From an uncultured delta proteobacterium (GTDB taxonomy: Bacteria; Myxococcota; Myxococcia; Myxococcales; Myxococcaceae): a stretch of DNA of 63,838 nt. This document shows, piece by piece, positions 40,429-49,087 of the stretch (position 1 is its first letter; each line of letters begins with the position of its first letter). Made by a program: the position numbers and the translations under genes. A model generated the notes under the pieces. The model saw nothing but the letters and a program-made list of their open reading frames with translations, was not told the origin of the DNA and searched no databases. The stretch lies in NCBI GenBank assembly GCA_963776345.1, contig CAVZMH010000010.1, positions 1-63,838 on the forward strand, in the 5' to 3' direction.

Positions 40429-40764
40429 TCAGTCCACGCAGAGCGTGCGGCCCTGCCGGACGATGCCGCAGCCGCGCGCGAACCGGTGCGTGGTGCACGC
40501 TCCGCGCTGGCACGCGCCCTCGCACTGGTCGGAGTCGGTGCAGGCCTTTCCACCGTCGGCGGTGCGCGGATTGCATCCGGTCACGTGCCCCCGGCCCTGC
40601 ACCTCGTCCCAGGCGCCGCCCGCGGCCTCGCACTCGGCGCGCGTCCGGGCCTCGGGCGGGGTGGCTGCCTGTTCGGCCCGTGAGGCGGGGACGGCGACGA
40701 GCAGGGCCCCGGCCGCGCAGCCGAGGCGCAGCGCCCGACGCCACGGTCTTGCTCGAACCGCCAT
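40429..40764 (-). CDS. Small secreted Cys-rich protein
   Basis: Signal peptide; eight Cys in the mature part (ECEAAGG..CNPRTADGGKACTDSDQCEGAC..). Confidence 0.7.
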   Translation of the reverse strand: MAVRARPWRRALRLGCAAGALLVAVPASRAEQAATPPEARTRAECEAAGGAWDEVQGRGHVTGCNPRTADGGKACTDSDQCEGACQRGACTTHRFARGCGIVRQGRTLCVD

Positions 40765-40790
40765 CGCCGCGATGCTACTCCCAGGGCGGG

Positions 40791-42038
40791 ATGGGCTTCG
40801 AGGACCGACCGGAGTGGACGCTGCTGGTGGCGCTCGGCGTGGGCCTGGTGCTCGGGCTGGAGCGAGAGCGGGCGCGGGCGCGCGACGCCGCCAGGCAGCG
40901 CCGGTGGGCGGGGCTGCGCAGCTTCGCGCTGACCTCGCTTCTCGGCGGCGTGGCGCTCCAGACCGGCAGCCCGGTGGTGGTGGGAGTGGCCGGGGCGGCC
41001 GTGGTGCTGCTCGCCCTCCTCGTCGCCTGGCGCGCGCCCGAGCCGGACCCCGGGTTCACCACCGAGGTCGCGCTGGTGCTCGCCTTCGCCCTGGGGGTCC
41101 TCGCCCAGCGCGCGCCGGCGCTGGCCTTCGCCGCGGCGCTCGTCACCTCCGCGCTGCTCGCCTTCCGGGCGCGGCTGCACGGGCTGGCGCGGAACCTCTT
41201 CACCGACCGGGAGCTGCAGAACGCGCTGGTGCTCGGAGTGGCGGCGCTGCTGATCCTCCCGCTCCTCCCGGACCGTCCGGTGGACCCCTTCGGCGCGGTC
41301 AGCCCCTTCGACGTCTGGAAGCTGGTGGTGGTGGTGATGGCGGTGGGGGCCGGCGGGGCGCTGGCCCAGCGGCTGGTCCGTCCCCGGGTGGGACTCACCG
41401 TCGCCGGGCTCGCCTCGGGCTTCGTCTCCAGCGCGGCCACCGTCTCCGCCATGGGCCGGCTGGCCACGAGCGAGCCGAGGGTGCTCGCGGGAGCCGTCTC
41501 CGGGGCGACCGCCTCGTCGCTGGCCACCTTCGTCCAGCTCGCGCTGATGCTTGCGGCCTCGGGGACGGTGCTCCTGCGCTCGCTGGCCATCCCCCTGTCC
41601 GCCGGGGGAGTGACCGCGCTGCTGGTGGCGGCGGTGTTCGCGCGCCGGGCGGCGCAGACCGAGGCGCCGGCCGTCCGGTCCGGGGCCGCGTTCCGCCTGG
41701 GGGATGCGGTGGTGTTCGCGGTGCTGGTGACCGTCATCTCCTTCGTCGCCGCGCTGGTGCAGCGCCGCTTCGGGAGCGCCGGCCTGCTGGTGACCGCCAC
41801 CGTGAGCGGCTTCGCCGATGCGCATGCCTTCGCCGGGTCGGCCGGTGCGCTGGTGGCCCGGTCGGCGGTGCCGGTCGACGCCGCGGCGCTCGCCGTCCTC
41901 CTGGCAACGAGCAGCAACGCGGTCACCAAGGTGGTGCTCGCGGCCACGGCCGGCCCTCGCCCGTACCTGCTCCGGGTCCTGGGGGGCCAGCTCGCGGTCC
42001 TGGGAGCGACCTGGGCCGGCTGGCTCCTGAGCCGCTGA
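40791..42038 (+). CDS. MgtC/SapB-DUF4010 membrane protein
   Basis: LGLERE, AGLRSF, GFTTE, ILPLLPD, GFVSSAAT. Confidence 0.9.
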   Translation: MGFEDRPEWTLLVALGVGLVLGLERERARARDAARQRRWAGLRSFALTSLLGGVALQTGSPVVVGVAGAAVVLLALLVAWRAPEPDPGFTTEVALVLAFALGVLAQRAPALAFAAALVTSALLAFRARLHGLARNLFTDRELQNALVLGVAALLILPLLPDRPVDPFGAVSPFDVWKLVVVVMAVGAGGALAQRLVRPRVGLTVAGLASGFVSSAATVSAMGRLATSEPRVLAGAVSGATASSLATFVQLALMLAASGTVLLRSLAIPLSAGGVTALLVAAVFARRAAQTEAPAVRSGAAFRLGDAVVFAVLVTVISFVAALVQRRFGSAGLLVTATVSGFADAHAFAGSAGALVARSAVPVDAAALAVLLATSSNAVTKVVLAATAGPRPYLLRVLGGQLAVLGATWAGWLLSR

Positions 42039-42045
42039 GCGGTGG

Positions 42046-42631
42046 TCAGGCCAGCGCCGCGGCGACGACCTTGCCCTGGGTGATGTTGTCCTCGAGCGCC
42101 TGCGAGGGCACGAGAGCTCATCAGCGCGTGGTGAGCTGCAGCTTCCGGGTGCGGCGAGCTCGGAAGGGCTTCCCGGCCCGGTCAGGCGAGCGCGGTGCGG
42201 GCCACGCTCTCCTTGATGTTGGCCATCAGCATCGCCACGCGTTCGCGTTGCCGCTCAGGCTGTCGCCGTTGCCGATCTGGTCGCCAGGTCGACCGTCCCC
42301 ACTGCGTCTGCTGGAAGGCCTGCATGAAGAAACGCGGAGCTTGGCCTGGCCCTCCGGCGAGGCCACCCAGCCGTCCACATGCCTTGAGCGCGCCCGGGTC
42401 GGCGGTCACGGCCGCGAGCTCGGCGGCGTGGCGGCAGACCGGTGAGAGGCTCTTCACCTTGGCCAGGTAGACGGCCGGCGCGACGCCTCCAGGCGTGACG
42501 ACGTCGGGCGTCCGCTGCCGGGCGTGCCCCCTGCGCCCGGGTCTCCGGTCTTGCCGGTCAGCTGCCGTCACAGCCAGCGGCGGCCAGCACGACGGCGAGG
42601 GCGCAGCCAGTCGTCGGAGATGCGCGAACAT
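42046..42631 (-). pseudogene. Heavily frameshifted remnant of a myxobacterial lipoprotein gene
   Basis: GGAGG RBS + ATG; lipobox LAAAGC in one frame; YLAKVK, ELAAVTADP, AFQQTQ, ESVARTA and GKPF scattered over frames. Confidence 0.5.
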
Positions 42632-42756
42632 CGAGTCCCTCCGGTCCGGCTCCCCAGCCGCGCCGAGAGAGGAACAACCACCCCAGCCGGGGGGAACGGT
42701 CCCCCACGGGTGAAAGGACCCACCACCGACCGCCCGCCGTGGTGGACTGGTCGACG

Positions 42757-43449
42757 ATGCAGCCCCGTTCGAGCCAGGAGGAAGGATGGAGCCGCGCGGG
42801 CGGCGCGGCGCTGCTCGCCCTTCTGGGAGCCGGCGCGGTGGCCACGGCCGCCGGCGCGGCGCTTTACCCCGGCGGGACGTGGGTCGACCCGCTGGCCCCC
42901 GGCCACTCCTGGTGGGGCAACTTCCTCTGCGACATCGCCCGGGACATGGCGGTGAACGGTGCGCCCAACCCCGGCGCGCTCTGGGGCCGCGCGGCCGAGT
43001 GGTCGTTCGTCGCCGCACTCTGCCTCTTCTGGTGGCTCGCGCCCGCGCTCGTCGAGGGTCGGCGGATCCGGCGGCCGGTGCGCGTGCTCGGAACGTCCTC
43101 GCTGCTGGGTCTGATCCTGGTCCCCGTGACCTGGGGCGGGGCCCACACGCTGGCGCTGGCGGCGGGCGCCGGGCCGGGGTTCGTCGCCGCGGCGCTCCTC
43201 GTTCGTGGGCTCCGCGGCCGGCCGGCGCTCGCCCTGCTCGGCGCCGTGGCGCTCCTCCTCGCGGCGCTGGAGCTCGGGCTCTACCTCGCCTTCCGGGCGG
43301 GGCCGCTCCCGGTGACCGTCCCGGCGATGCAGCGGGTCGCGCTCCTGGTGGCGGTGGCCTGGATGGCCGGGTGCGCCCTGGCGTTGCTCCGCGGTCAGGA
43401 GGTGGAGGCCGCGGGCCGCTCCTCCACCGGCTCGCCGCGGGCCACGTAG
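42757..43449 (+). CDS. Multi-TM hypothetical membrane protein (DUF998-like)
   Basis: YPGG..W..NFLCD motif, about 6 TM segments. Confidence 0.7.
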   Translation: MQPRSSQEEGWSRAGGAALLALLGAGAVATAAGAALYPGGTWVDPLAPGHSWWGNFLCDIARDMAVNGAPNPGALWGRAAEWSFVAALCLFWWLAPALVEGRRIRRPVRVLGTSSLLGLILVPVTWGGAHTLALAAGAGPGFVAAALLVRGLRGRPALALLGAVALLLAALELGLYLAFRAGPLPVTVPAMQRVALLVAVAWMAGCALALLRGQEVEAAGRSSTGSPRAT

Positions 43450-44657
43450 ACCGCCGCGGCGAGGTCTCCCACCACGTTGAGCGTCGTCCGGCACATGTCC
43501 AGGAGCCGGTCGACGCCGAGGATGAGCCCCAGCCCCTCGGGCGGGATCCGGAACATCCCGAGGATCATCGCGATGACCGGGAGCGAGCCCGCGGGCACCC
43601 CGGCCGTCCCGATGCCTCCGAGCACGCAGATGAACATCACCAGAATCTGGTCTTGGAGGCTGAGGTGCACCCCGAAGAGCTGGGCGATGAAGAGGACGGT
43701 CACCCCCTCGAAGAGCGCGGTCCCGTTCTGGTTCATCGACGCGCCGGCGGTGAGCACGAAGCGGGCGACATTGGGCGGGAGCCGCAGCTGCTCCTCGGCC
43801 ACCTTCAGCGCGGTGGGGAGCGTCGCGCTGGAGGAGGCGGTGGAGAAGGCGGTGATCGCCGCCATCCGCACGTCCCGGAAGAACTGCACCGGGTTGCGGC
43901 CCCCGAAGAACCGGACCGAGAGCGAGTAGACCACGAACATGTGCAGCCCCAGCCCGAGCAGCACCACCCCGACGTAGGCCGCGAGCTGCCGGAGCACGTC
44001 GAACCCGAGCCGCGCGGTCATCCCGAAGAGGAGCGCCGCCACCCCGAGCGGCGCCACCTTCAGCACGCCGCCGATCAGCACCAGCGTCACCTCGTAGAGC
44101 CCGGCGATGACCTCCTTGAGCCGCTCGGCCGCCGCCGCCCGGGTCGTCCCCAGCGCGATGCCGAACAGCAGGGCGAAGAAGATGAGCCCCAGGTAGTCGC
44201 CGTTCGCCGCCGCCTTCACCGGGTTGTCCGGGACGATGGAGACCAGGAGCGCCGCGGGCGAGCCGTCCCCCGACACCGCGGCCGCCTTCGGGAGCACGCT
44301 GGAGCGGGCCAGGGCGCGCACCTCGTCGCTCATGCCCTCGCCGGGCCGGAACAGGTTCACCAGCCCGAGCCCGATGAGCACCGCGATGCTGGAGACGACC
44401 ACCGTGTAGCCCAGCGCCCGCGCGCCGAGCCGCCCGAGGTGCCGGAGCTCGAGGTCCGCCACACCCATCACCAGCGCCGAGAAGATCATCGGCACCACCA
44501 GCATGAAGAGCAGGCGGAGGAAGACCTGCCCGATGGGCCCGGTCACGTTCGCCAGGGTCCAGGCGAGCCACGGGGCGTCGCCGGCCACCGCCCGGGCGAG
44601 CAGCCCGAGCCCGGCGCCGATGACCAGGCCGAGCAGGAGCCGGCTGTGCTCTCGCAT
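43395..44657 (-). CDS. Dicarboxylate/amino acid:cation symporter (GltP-like)
   Basis: FLRLLFMLVVP, AFSTASSSATLP, MNQNGTALFE, GTAGVP, DMCRT. Confidence 0.95.
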   Translation of the reverse strand: MREHSRLLLGLVIGAGLGLLARAVAGDAPWLAWTLANVTGPIGQVFLRLLFMLVVPMIFSALVMGVADLELRHLGRLGARALGYTVVVSSIAVLIGLGLVNLFRPGEGMSDEVRALARSSVLPKAAAVSGDGSPAALLVSIVPDNPVKAAANGDYLGLIFFALLFGIALGTTRAAAAERLKEVIAGLYEVTLVLIGGVLKVAPLGVAALLFGMTARLGFDVLRQLAAYVGVVLLGLGLHMFVVYSLSVRFFGGRNPVQFFRDVRMAAITAFSTASSSATLPTALKVAEEQLRLPPNVARFVLTAGASMNQNGTALFEGVTVLFIAQLFGVHLSLQDQILVMFICVLGGIGTAGVPAGSLPVIAMILGMFRIPPEGLGLILGVDRLLDMCRTTLNVVGDLAAAVYVARGEPVEERPAASTS

Positions 44658-44692
44658 GCGGCCGGACGCTAGCGTGCCCGGGCGGGCCGCGG

Positions 44693-45034
44693 TCAGCTCA
44701 AAAGGAGCCGGAGGTGCCGCCGCATCGGGACCGAGCGCCGGCGCTGGACGATGCGGAGCAGCGCGCTCCGGGCCCGGTCGAACACCTCGCCCACCGCGGC
44801 CTCGGGGCGTGCGTCGAGGGACTCCACGGTGAGCGCGCCGCCGCGCCGCAGGCACACCCGGAGCCGACAGCGGAGGTCGCGGCCGCCACGCGGGCCGTTG
44901 AGGTCCTCCATCCAGAGCTGGACCCTGCGGATCTGGTCCTCCAGGCGTCCGAGGGAGTGGAGGAGATGCCGTTCACAGAGCTCGCGAAGCCGGGGGTCGG
45001 GCGGGAGATGGCGGGCGCGCAGTTCGAGGTGCAT
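44693..45034 (-). CDS. HPF/RaiA-family ribosome-associated protein
   Basis: L.DLNGPRGG.D.RC-type motif typical of this subfamily. Confidence 0.8.
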   Translation of the reverse strand: MHLELRARHLPPDPRLRELCERHLLHSLGRLEDQIRRVQLWMEDLNGPRGGRDLRCRLRVCLRRGGALTVESLDARPEAAVGEVFDRARSALLRIVQRRRSVPMRRHLRLLLS

Positions 45035-45153
45035 GGGGCCGAAACGCCGCCGAAATGAGGCACTTCCCGAGGAAATACCGCTGGATCCCCACGGTCCGGC
45101 CGATGGGCCGGGCCGGGCAGGTGTATCGGGGGGGGTGACAACCGCCGGCTGGA

Positions 45154-45180
45154 TGTCGATCCGTGACCTGCCCGGACGAC
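45154..45180 (+). promoter_or_regulatory. ECF42-type promoter TGTCGA-N17-CGAC
   Basis: Resembles the ECF42 consensus (-35 TGTCGA); upstream of the yciI-ecf42 pair. Confidence 0.6.
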
Positions 45181-45236
45181 GTGAGGGTGTTCCCGGGATG
45201 CACCCGGGTCCCCTCATCGCCAAGGAGCGAGACACC

Positions 45237-45593
45237 ATGCAGTACATCGTCCTCATCTACGGAAACGAGAAGGGCTGGAGCTCGATGTCCAAGCCGCAGG
45301 TCGAGCAGATGTACGCCGAGTACCGGCAGTACAGCCAGGACCTGGGAGCGGCCGGCGTGCTCCGCGGCGGCAGCGAGCTGAAGCCGACCAGCGCGGCGAC
45401 CACGGTGCGCCTGCGCGGCGGCAAGCGGCAGGTGACCGACGGCCCGTTCGCCGAGACCAAGGAGCAGCTCGGCGGCTACTACCTGATCGAGGTGCCGGAC
45501 CTCGAGGCCGCGCTCGACTGGGCCGCCCGCTGCCCCTCGGCCCGCGACGGGTCCATCGAGGTCCGGCCGCTGGCGCCGAGCGCGCAGGGGTAG
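45237..45593 (+). CDS. YciI/DGPF family protein
   Basis: TDGPFAETKEQLGGYY, IEVRP. Confidence 0.93.
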   Translation: MQYIVLIYGNEKGWSSMSKPQVEQMYAEYRQYSQDLGAAGVLRGGSELKPTSAATTVRLRGGKRQVTDGPFAETKEQLGGYYLIEVPDLEAALDWAARCPSARDGSIEVRPLAPSAQG

Positions 45594-45608
45594 CGAGGCC
45601 GCCGGTCG

Positions 45609-46838
45609 ATGCTCGCCCGCGCCATCGATCAGCTGGTGCGCCGCGAGGGCCCGCGGGTCCTCGCGGGCCTCATCCGCTGGAGCGGAGACTTCGACCTCGC
45701 CGAGGAGGCGTTCCAGGCCGCGTGCACCCAGGCGCTCGAGTCCTGGCCCCGGCGCGGGCTGCCCGACCGCCCCGGCGCCTGGCTCACCACCGTGGCCCGG
45801 AGGCGGGCGGTGGACCTCGTCCGGCGTCGCCGTCCCGACGTTCCCCTGGACGGGCCGCTGGCGGAGGCCCTGGCGGCGGACGAGGGCGGCCAGGCGGAGG
45901 CCGCGCCCGAGGTGGAGGACGATCGGCTCCGGCTGCTGTTCACCGTCTGCCACCCCGCGCTGGCGCCGCCGGCGCAGATCGCGCTCGCGCTGCGGACGCT
46001 CTGCGGGCTCACCACCCTGGAGATCGCCCGCGCGCACCTCGAGCCCGAGGCGACCACCGCCCAGCGCCTGGTCCGGGCGAAGCGGAAGATCGCCGACGCC
46101 CGCATCCCCTTCGACGTGCCGCCGGCGGACCGGCTCGCCGAGCGGCTCTCGGGCGCGCTCTCCACCATCTACCTGGTCTTCAACGAGGGCTTCTCGGCGA
46201 CCGGGGGCGAGTCGTGGATCCGCCCCGACCTCTGCGCCGAGGCCATCCGCCTCGGGAGGCTGGTGGTCGAGCTGCTCCCGGGCGAGGCCGAGGTGGAAGG
46301 GCTTCTGGCGCTGATGCTCCTCCACGATGCGCGCCGTCCCGCGCGGACCGCTGCCGACGGGACGCTGGTGCCGCTGGAGGAGCAGGACCGGCGGCGGTGG
46401 AGCCCGGAGCTCATCGCCGAGGGGACCGCGGTGCTGGATCGCGCGGTGGCCCGGGTGTCCCCGGGTCCGTACCAGCTCCAGGCCGCCATCGCCGCGCTGC
46501 ACGCCCGCGCCGCCCGGCCCGAGGACACCGACTGGCCGCAGATCGCCGCGCTCTACGGCGCCCTCCTGCGGCACAGCCCGAGCCCCATCGTCGAGCTCAA
46601 CGCCGCGGTGGCGGTGGCGATGGCCCGCGGACCGGAGGCAGGGCTCGCGTGGATGGAACGCCTGGACCGCTCGGGAGAGCTCGCCGGGTACCACCTGCTC
46701 CCCGCGGCGCAGGCGGACCTGCTCCGCCGGCTCGGGCGCGTCGACGAGGCCCGCGCGGCGTATGCGCGGGCGCTGGAGCTGGTGCGCCATCCAGCCGAGC
46801 GGCGGTTCCTCGAGCGGCGGCTCGCCGAGCTCGGCTGA
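45609..46838 (+). CDS. ECF42 sigma factor with C-terminal TPR extension
   Basis: AEEAFQ, AWLTTVARR, DDRLRLLF.CHPAL, YLVFNEG, GPYQLQAAIA, TDW; adjacent to a DGPF gene. Confidence 0.93.
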   Translation: MLARAIDQLVRREGPRVLAGLIRWSGDFDLAEEAFQAACTQALESWPRRGLPDRPGAWLTTVARRRAVDLVRRRRPDVPLDGPLAEALAADEGGQAEAAPEVEDDRLRLLFTVCHPALAPPAQIALALRTLCGLTTLEIARAHLEPEATTAQRLVRAKRKIADARIPFDVPPADRLAERLSGALSTIYLVFNEGFSATGGESWIRPDLCAEAIRLGRLVVELLPGEAEVEGLLALMLLHDARRPARTAADGTLVPLEEQDRRRWSPELIAEGTAVLDRAVARVSPGPYQLQAAIAALHARAARPEDTDWPQIAALYGALLRHSPSPIVELNAAVAVAMARGPEAGLAWMERLDRSGELAGYHLLPAAQADLLRRLGRVDEARAAYARALELVRHPAERRFLERRLAELG

Positions 46839-46856
46839 GGCCTCGAGGTTGCGCCC

Positions 46857-46889
46857 GCGGGGGGGAGCGGATCGCCGCCGGCCCCCCGC
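46857..46889. terminator. GC-rich hairpin between convergent sigma factor genes
   Basis: GCGGGGGG ... CCCCCCGC inverted repeat. Confidence 0.35.
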
Positions 46890-46890
46890 C

Positions 46891-47691
46891 TCAGCCGCCG
46901 CCCGGTCCGGCGAGCAGCTCCCGGAGCACCGAGGGCAGGTCCGAGCCGGCCTCGCCGAGGAAGGCGAGGAGGGAGCTCAGCTCGACATCGGGGCCGGCCC
47001 GGAACCGGCGGCGGAGCGCGGCCATCACCCGTGCTCGGCCGGCGCTCAGCACGCGGGACACGGTGGACTTGTGGGTCCCCACCCGGCGGCCGATCTCCTC
47101 GAGCGTGAGTCCCTCCAGCACGTAGAGCGCGAGGAAGCGCCGCGTGCGCGGCTCCAGTCCGGCGAGCGCGTCGACCAGCGCGGCCTGGAGCGCGGCTTGC
47201 TCCGACCGGCGCAGGAGCGAGACCTCCGGGTCCGGCTCCGGCGCGGCGAGCTCGGCCAGGACCCAGGTCTCCTCCTCGGCGGCCGGCCTGGCCTCGAGCA
47301 GGTTCAGCGCCACCCGCAGCAGCACCGAGCGGAGCCAGGGGTCGAGGCGCCCGCTGCCCTGGTACTCGGCGAGCTTGGGAACGCGCGGGCCGACCAGCAA
47401 GCGCTCGCGGGTCCGCTGGAGCACCTCGGAACGCAGCTCCTCGTCCGCGCGCAGCCGCCGGAGCGCCCGTGGCAGGAGCGCCCGCAGGCGCGCGTCGAGC
47501 AGCTCCAGCGCGGCGCCCTGTCCCTCGAGCGCCGCCGCGACCAGGTACAGGTCCGCCGCGTGGAGCGGCGCGCCCGCAGCGTCGAGCGCCGGTCGTCGCC
47601 GGGAGAGGAAACGCAGGAAGGCCCTGGGGTCCAGCTGGAGCGCCGGGTGCGCGTTCCGCGCGACCTCCAGCGCACGACCGAGCTGCAGCAC
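46891..47691 (-). CDS. Myxobacterial-type ECF-like sigma-70 factor
   Basis: LHAADLYL, RERLL, YQGSGRL..WLR, region 4 GLTLEEIG..THKSTVSR. Confidence 0.82.
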   Translation of the reverse strand: MLQLGRALEVARNAHPALQLDPRAFLRFLSRRRPALDAAGAPLHAADLYLVAAALEGQGAALELLDARLRALLPRALRRLRADEELRSEVLQRTRERLLVGPRVPKLAEYQGSGRLDPWLRSVLLRVALNLLEARPAAEEETWVLAELAAPEPDPEVSLLRRSEQAALQAALVDALAGLEPRTRRFLALYVLEGLTLEEIGRRVGTHKSTVSRVLSAGRARVMAALRRRFRAGPDVELSSLLAFLGEAGSDLPSVLRELLAGPGGG

Positions 47692-47867
47692 GGGACGGCA
47701 CCCTCGGACCGGGATGCCCCCCGGCGCCAGGTCCCCCCTCGAACGGCAGTCTGCCCCATTCCCGGTCGCGCGGGTGCAGACGATGCAGCCAACGTGCTCG
47801 GCCGGGCCGCAGACCGGCAGGTGTGGGGGGGTGGGCGTCGGCCGCTCTTTGGCCTAGAGACGGTCCC

Positions 47868-49073
47868 GTGGAACAGACCGGACAGTCGACCCGGCCGGAG
47901 CTGGGCCGGCTCGCGTTCTTCCGGGCCGCGCTCGCGCTGGGGTTCGGGGCGTTCGGCAGCAGCCAGCGGATGCAGGCCCCGCTGGAAGCGGCGCTGGTCC
48001 GGGACCGCTGGGTGACCGAGGAGGAGCACGCGGCGCTGCTCCGCATGCTCGACCTGTTCCCTGGCGCGCCCTCGGCCAACACCCTGGCGCTCGTCGGCCA
48101 GCGGCGGGGAGGCTGGACCTGGTCCCTCCTCGGCTACCTGGGCTTCGTCTTGCCGGGAATCTTGGTGACCGGGGTGCTCGCCTGGCTCTACGTCCGGCTC
48201 GACCTGGGCAGCCGGCTCGAGCCGGTGTTCCGCGGCTTCGGCGGCGCCGCGGTGGGCGCCATCCTCGCGCTCACCCTCCGCCGCGTGCGCGGGGCGGTGC
48301 ACGCGCGCTGGCAGATGGCAGTCGTCGGCGGCGCGCTGCTCCTCACCGTCGCCGGGAAGGCGTCACCGACCGAGGTGGTGCTGCTGGGCGCGGCGACGGG
48401 TCTCTTCGTGGAGCTGGGGCTCCGGCGACGGCGCGTCCCGGGGCCGGGCCCGTCCGTGCCGCCCCCGCCGGCCGAGGACCCGAACACGGTGCGCTCGGTG
48501 CTGCTCGCGGTGGTGCCTGCCGCGGCGGCCGTGCACCTCTCGGGGCTCGACGGCCAGGTGGTCCAGGCCCTGGTACTCTTCTTTCGCACCGGCCTCGGCG
48601 CGTACGGCGGCGGCGTGGCCATCATCCCCCACCTGAGCGAGCGGCTCGACGCGCTCGACTGGTTGTCCCCCCGGCAGTTCGCCGACGCGGTGTCGGTGAG
48701 CCTGCTCACGCCAGGTCCGGTCCTGCTGCTCGCCACCTTCGCCGGGTACATCCACCACGGCTGGTCCGGCGCGGCCGCGTCCACCGTGGCGCTGCTCGCC
48801 GCGCCCTGGGCGCTGGTCCAGCTGGCCGGGGGGTGGCTCGGGCGCGTCCGCGAGCATCCGGTGGTGGGGGCCGCGGCCAGCGGGTTGCTGCCCGCGGTGG
48901 TCGGGCTGATGGGCTCGGCGGCGGTGGTGCTGGGCGGGAGCTTCCATGGTCCGCCAGACCTGGGCATCGCCGCGGCGGCGGCGCTGACGCTCGTCCGGTA
49001 CGACTTCAACCCGGCCTGGGTCGTCGCCGGGGGAGGCGTGCTCCGGTTCCTGCTCCACCTGGCGGGCGTCTGA
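47868..49073 (+). CDS. chrA: Chromate ion transporter (CHR family)
   Basis: Two CHR halves: GFGAFG..FPGAP and GAYGGG..TPGP. Confidence 0.88.
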   Translation: MEQTGQSTRPELGRLAFFRAALALGFGAFGSSQRMQAPLEAALVRDRWVTEEEHAALLRMLDLFPGAPSANTLALVGQRRGGWTWSLLGYLGFVLPGILVTGVLAWLYVRLDLGSRLEPVFRGFGGAAVGAILALTLRRVRGAVHARWQMAVVGGALLLTVAGKASPTEVVLLGAATGLFVELGLRRRRVPGPGPSVPPPPAEDPNTVRSVLLAVVPAAAAVHLSGLDGQVVQALVLFFRTGLGAYGGGVAIIPHLSERLDALDWLSPRQFADAVSVSLLTPGPVLLLATFAGYIHHGWSGAAASTVALLAAPWALVQLAGGWLGRVREHPVVGAAASGLLPAVVGLMGSAAVVLGGSFHGPPDLGIAAAAALTLVRYDFNPAWVVAGGGVLRFLLHLAGV

Positions 49074-49087
49074 GCCGCGGGCCCGGG

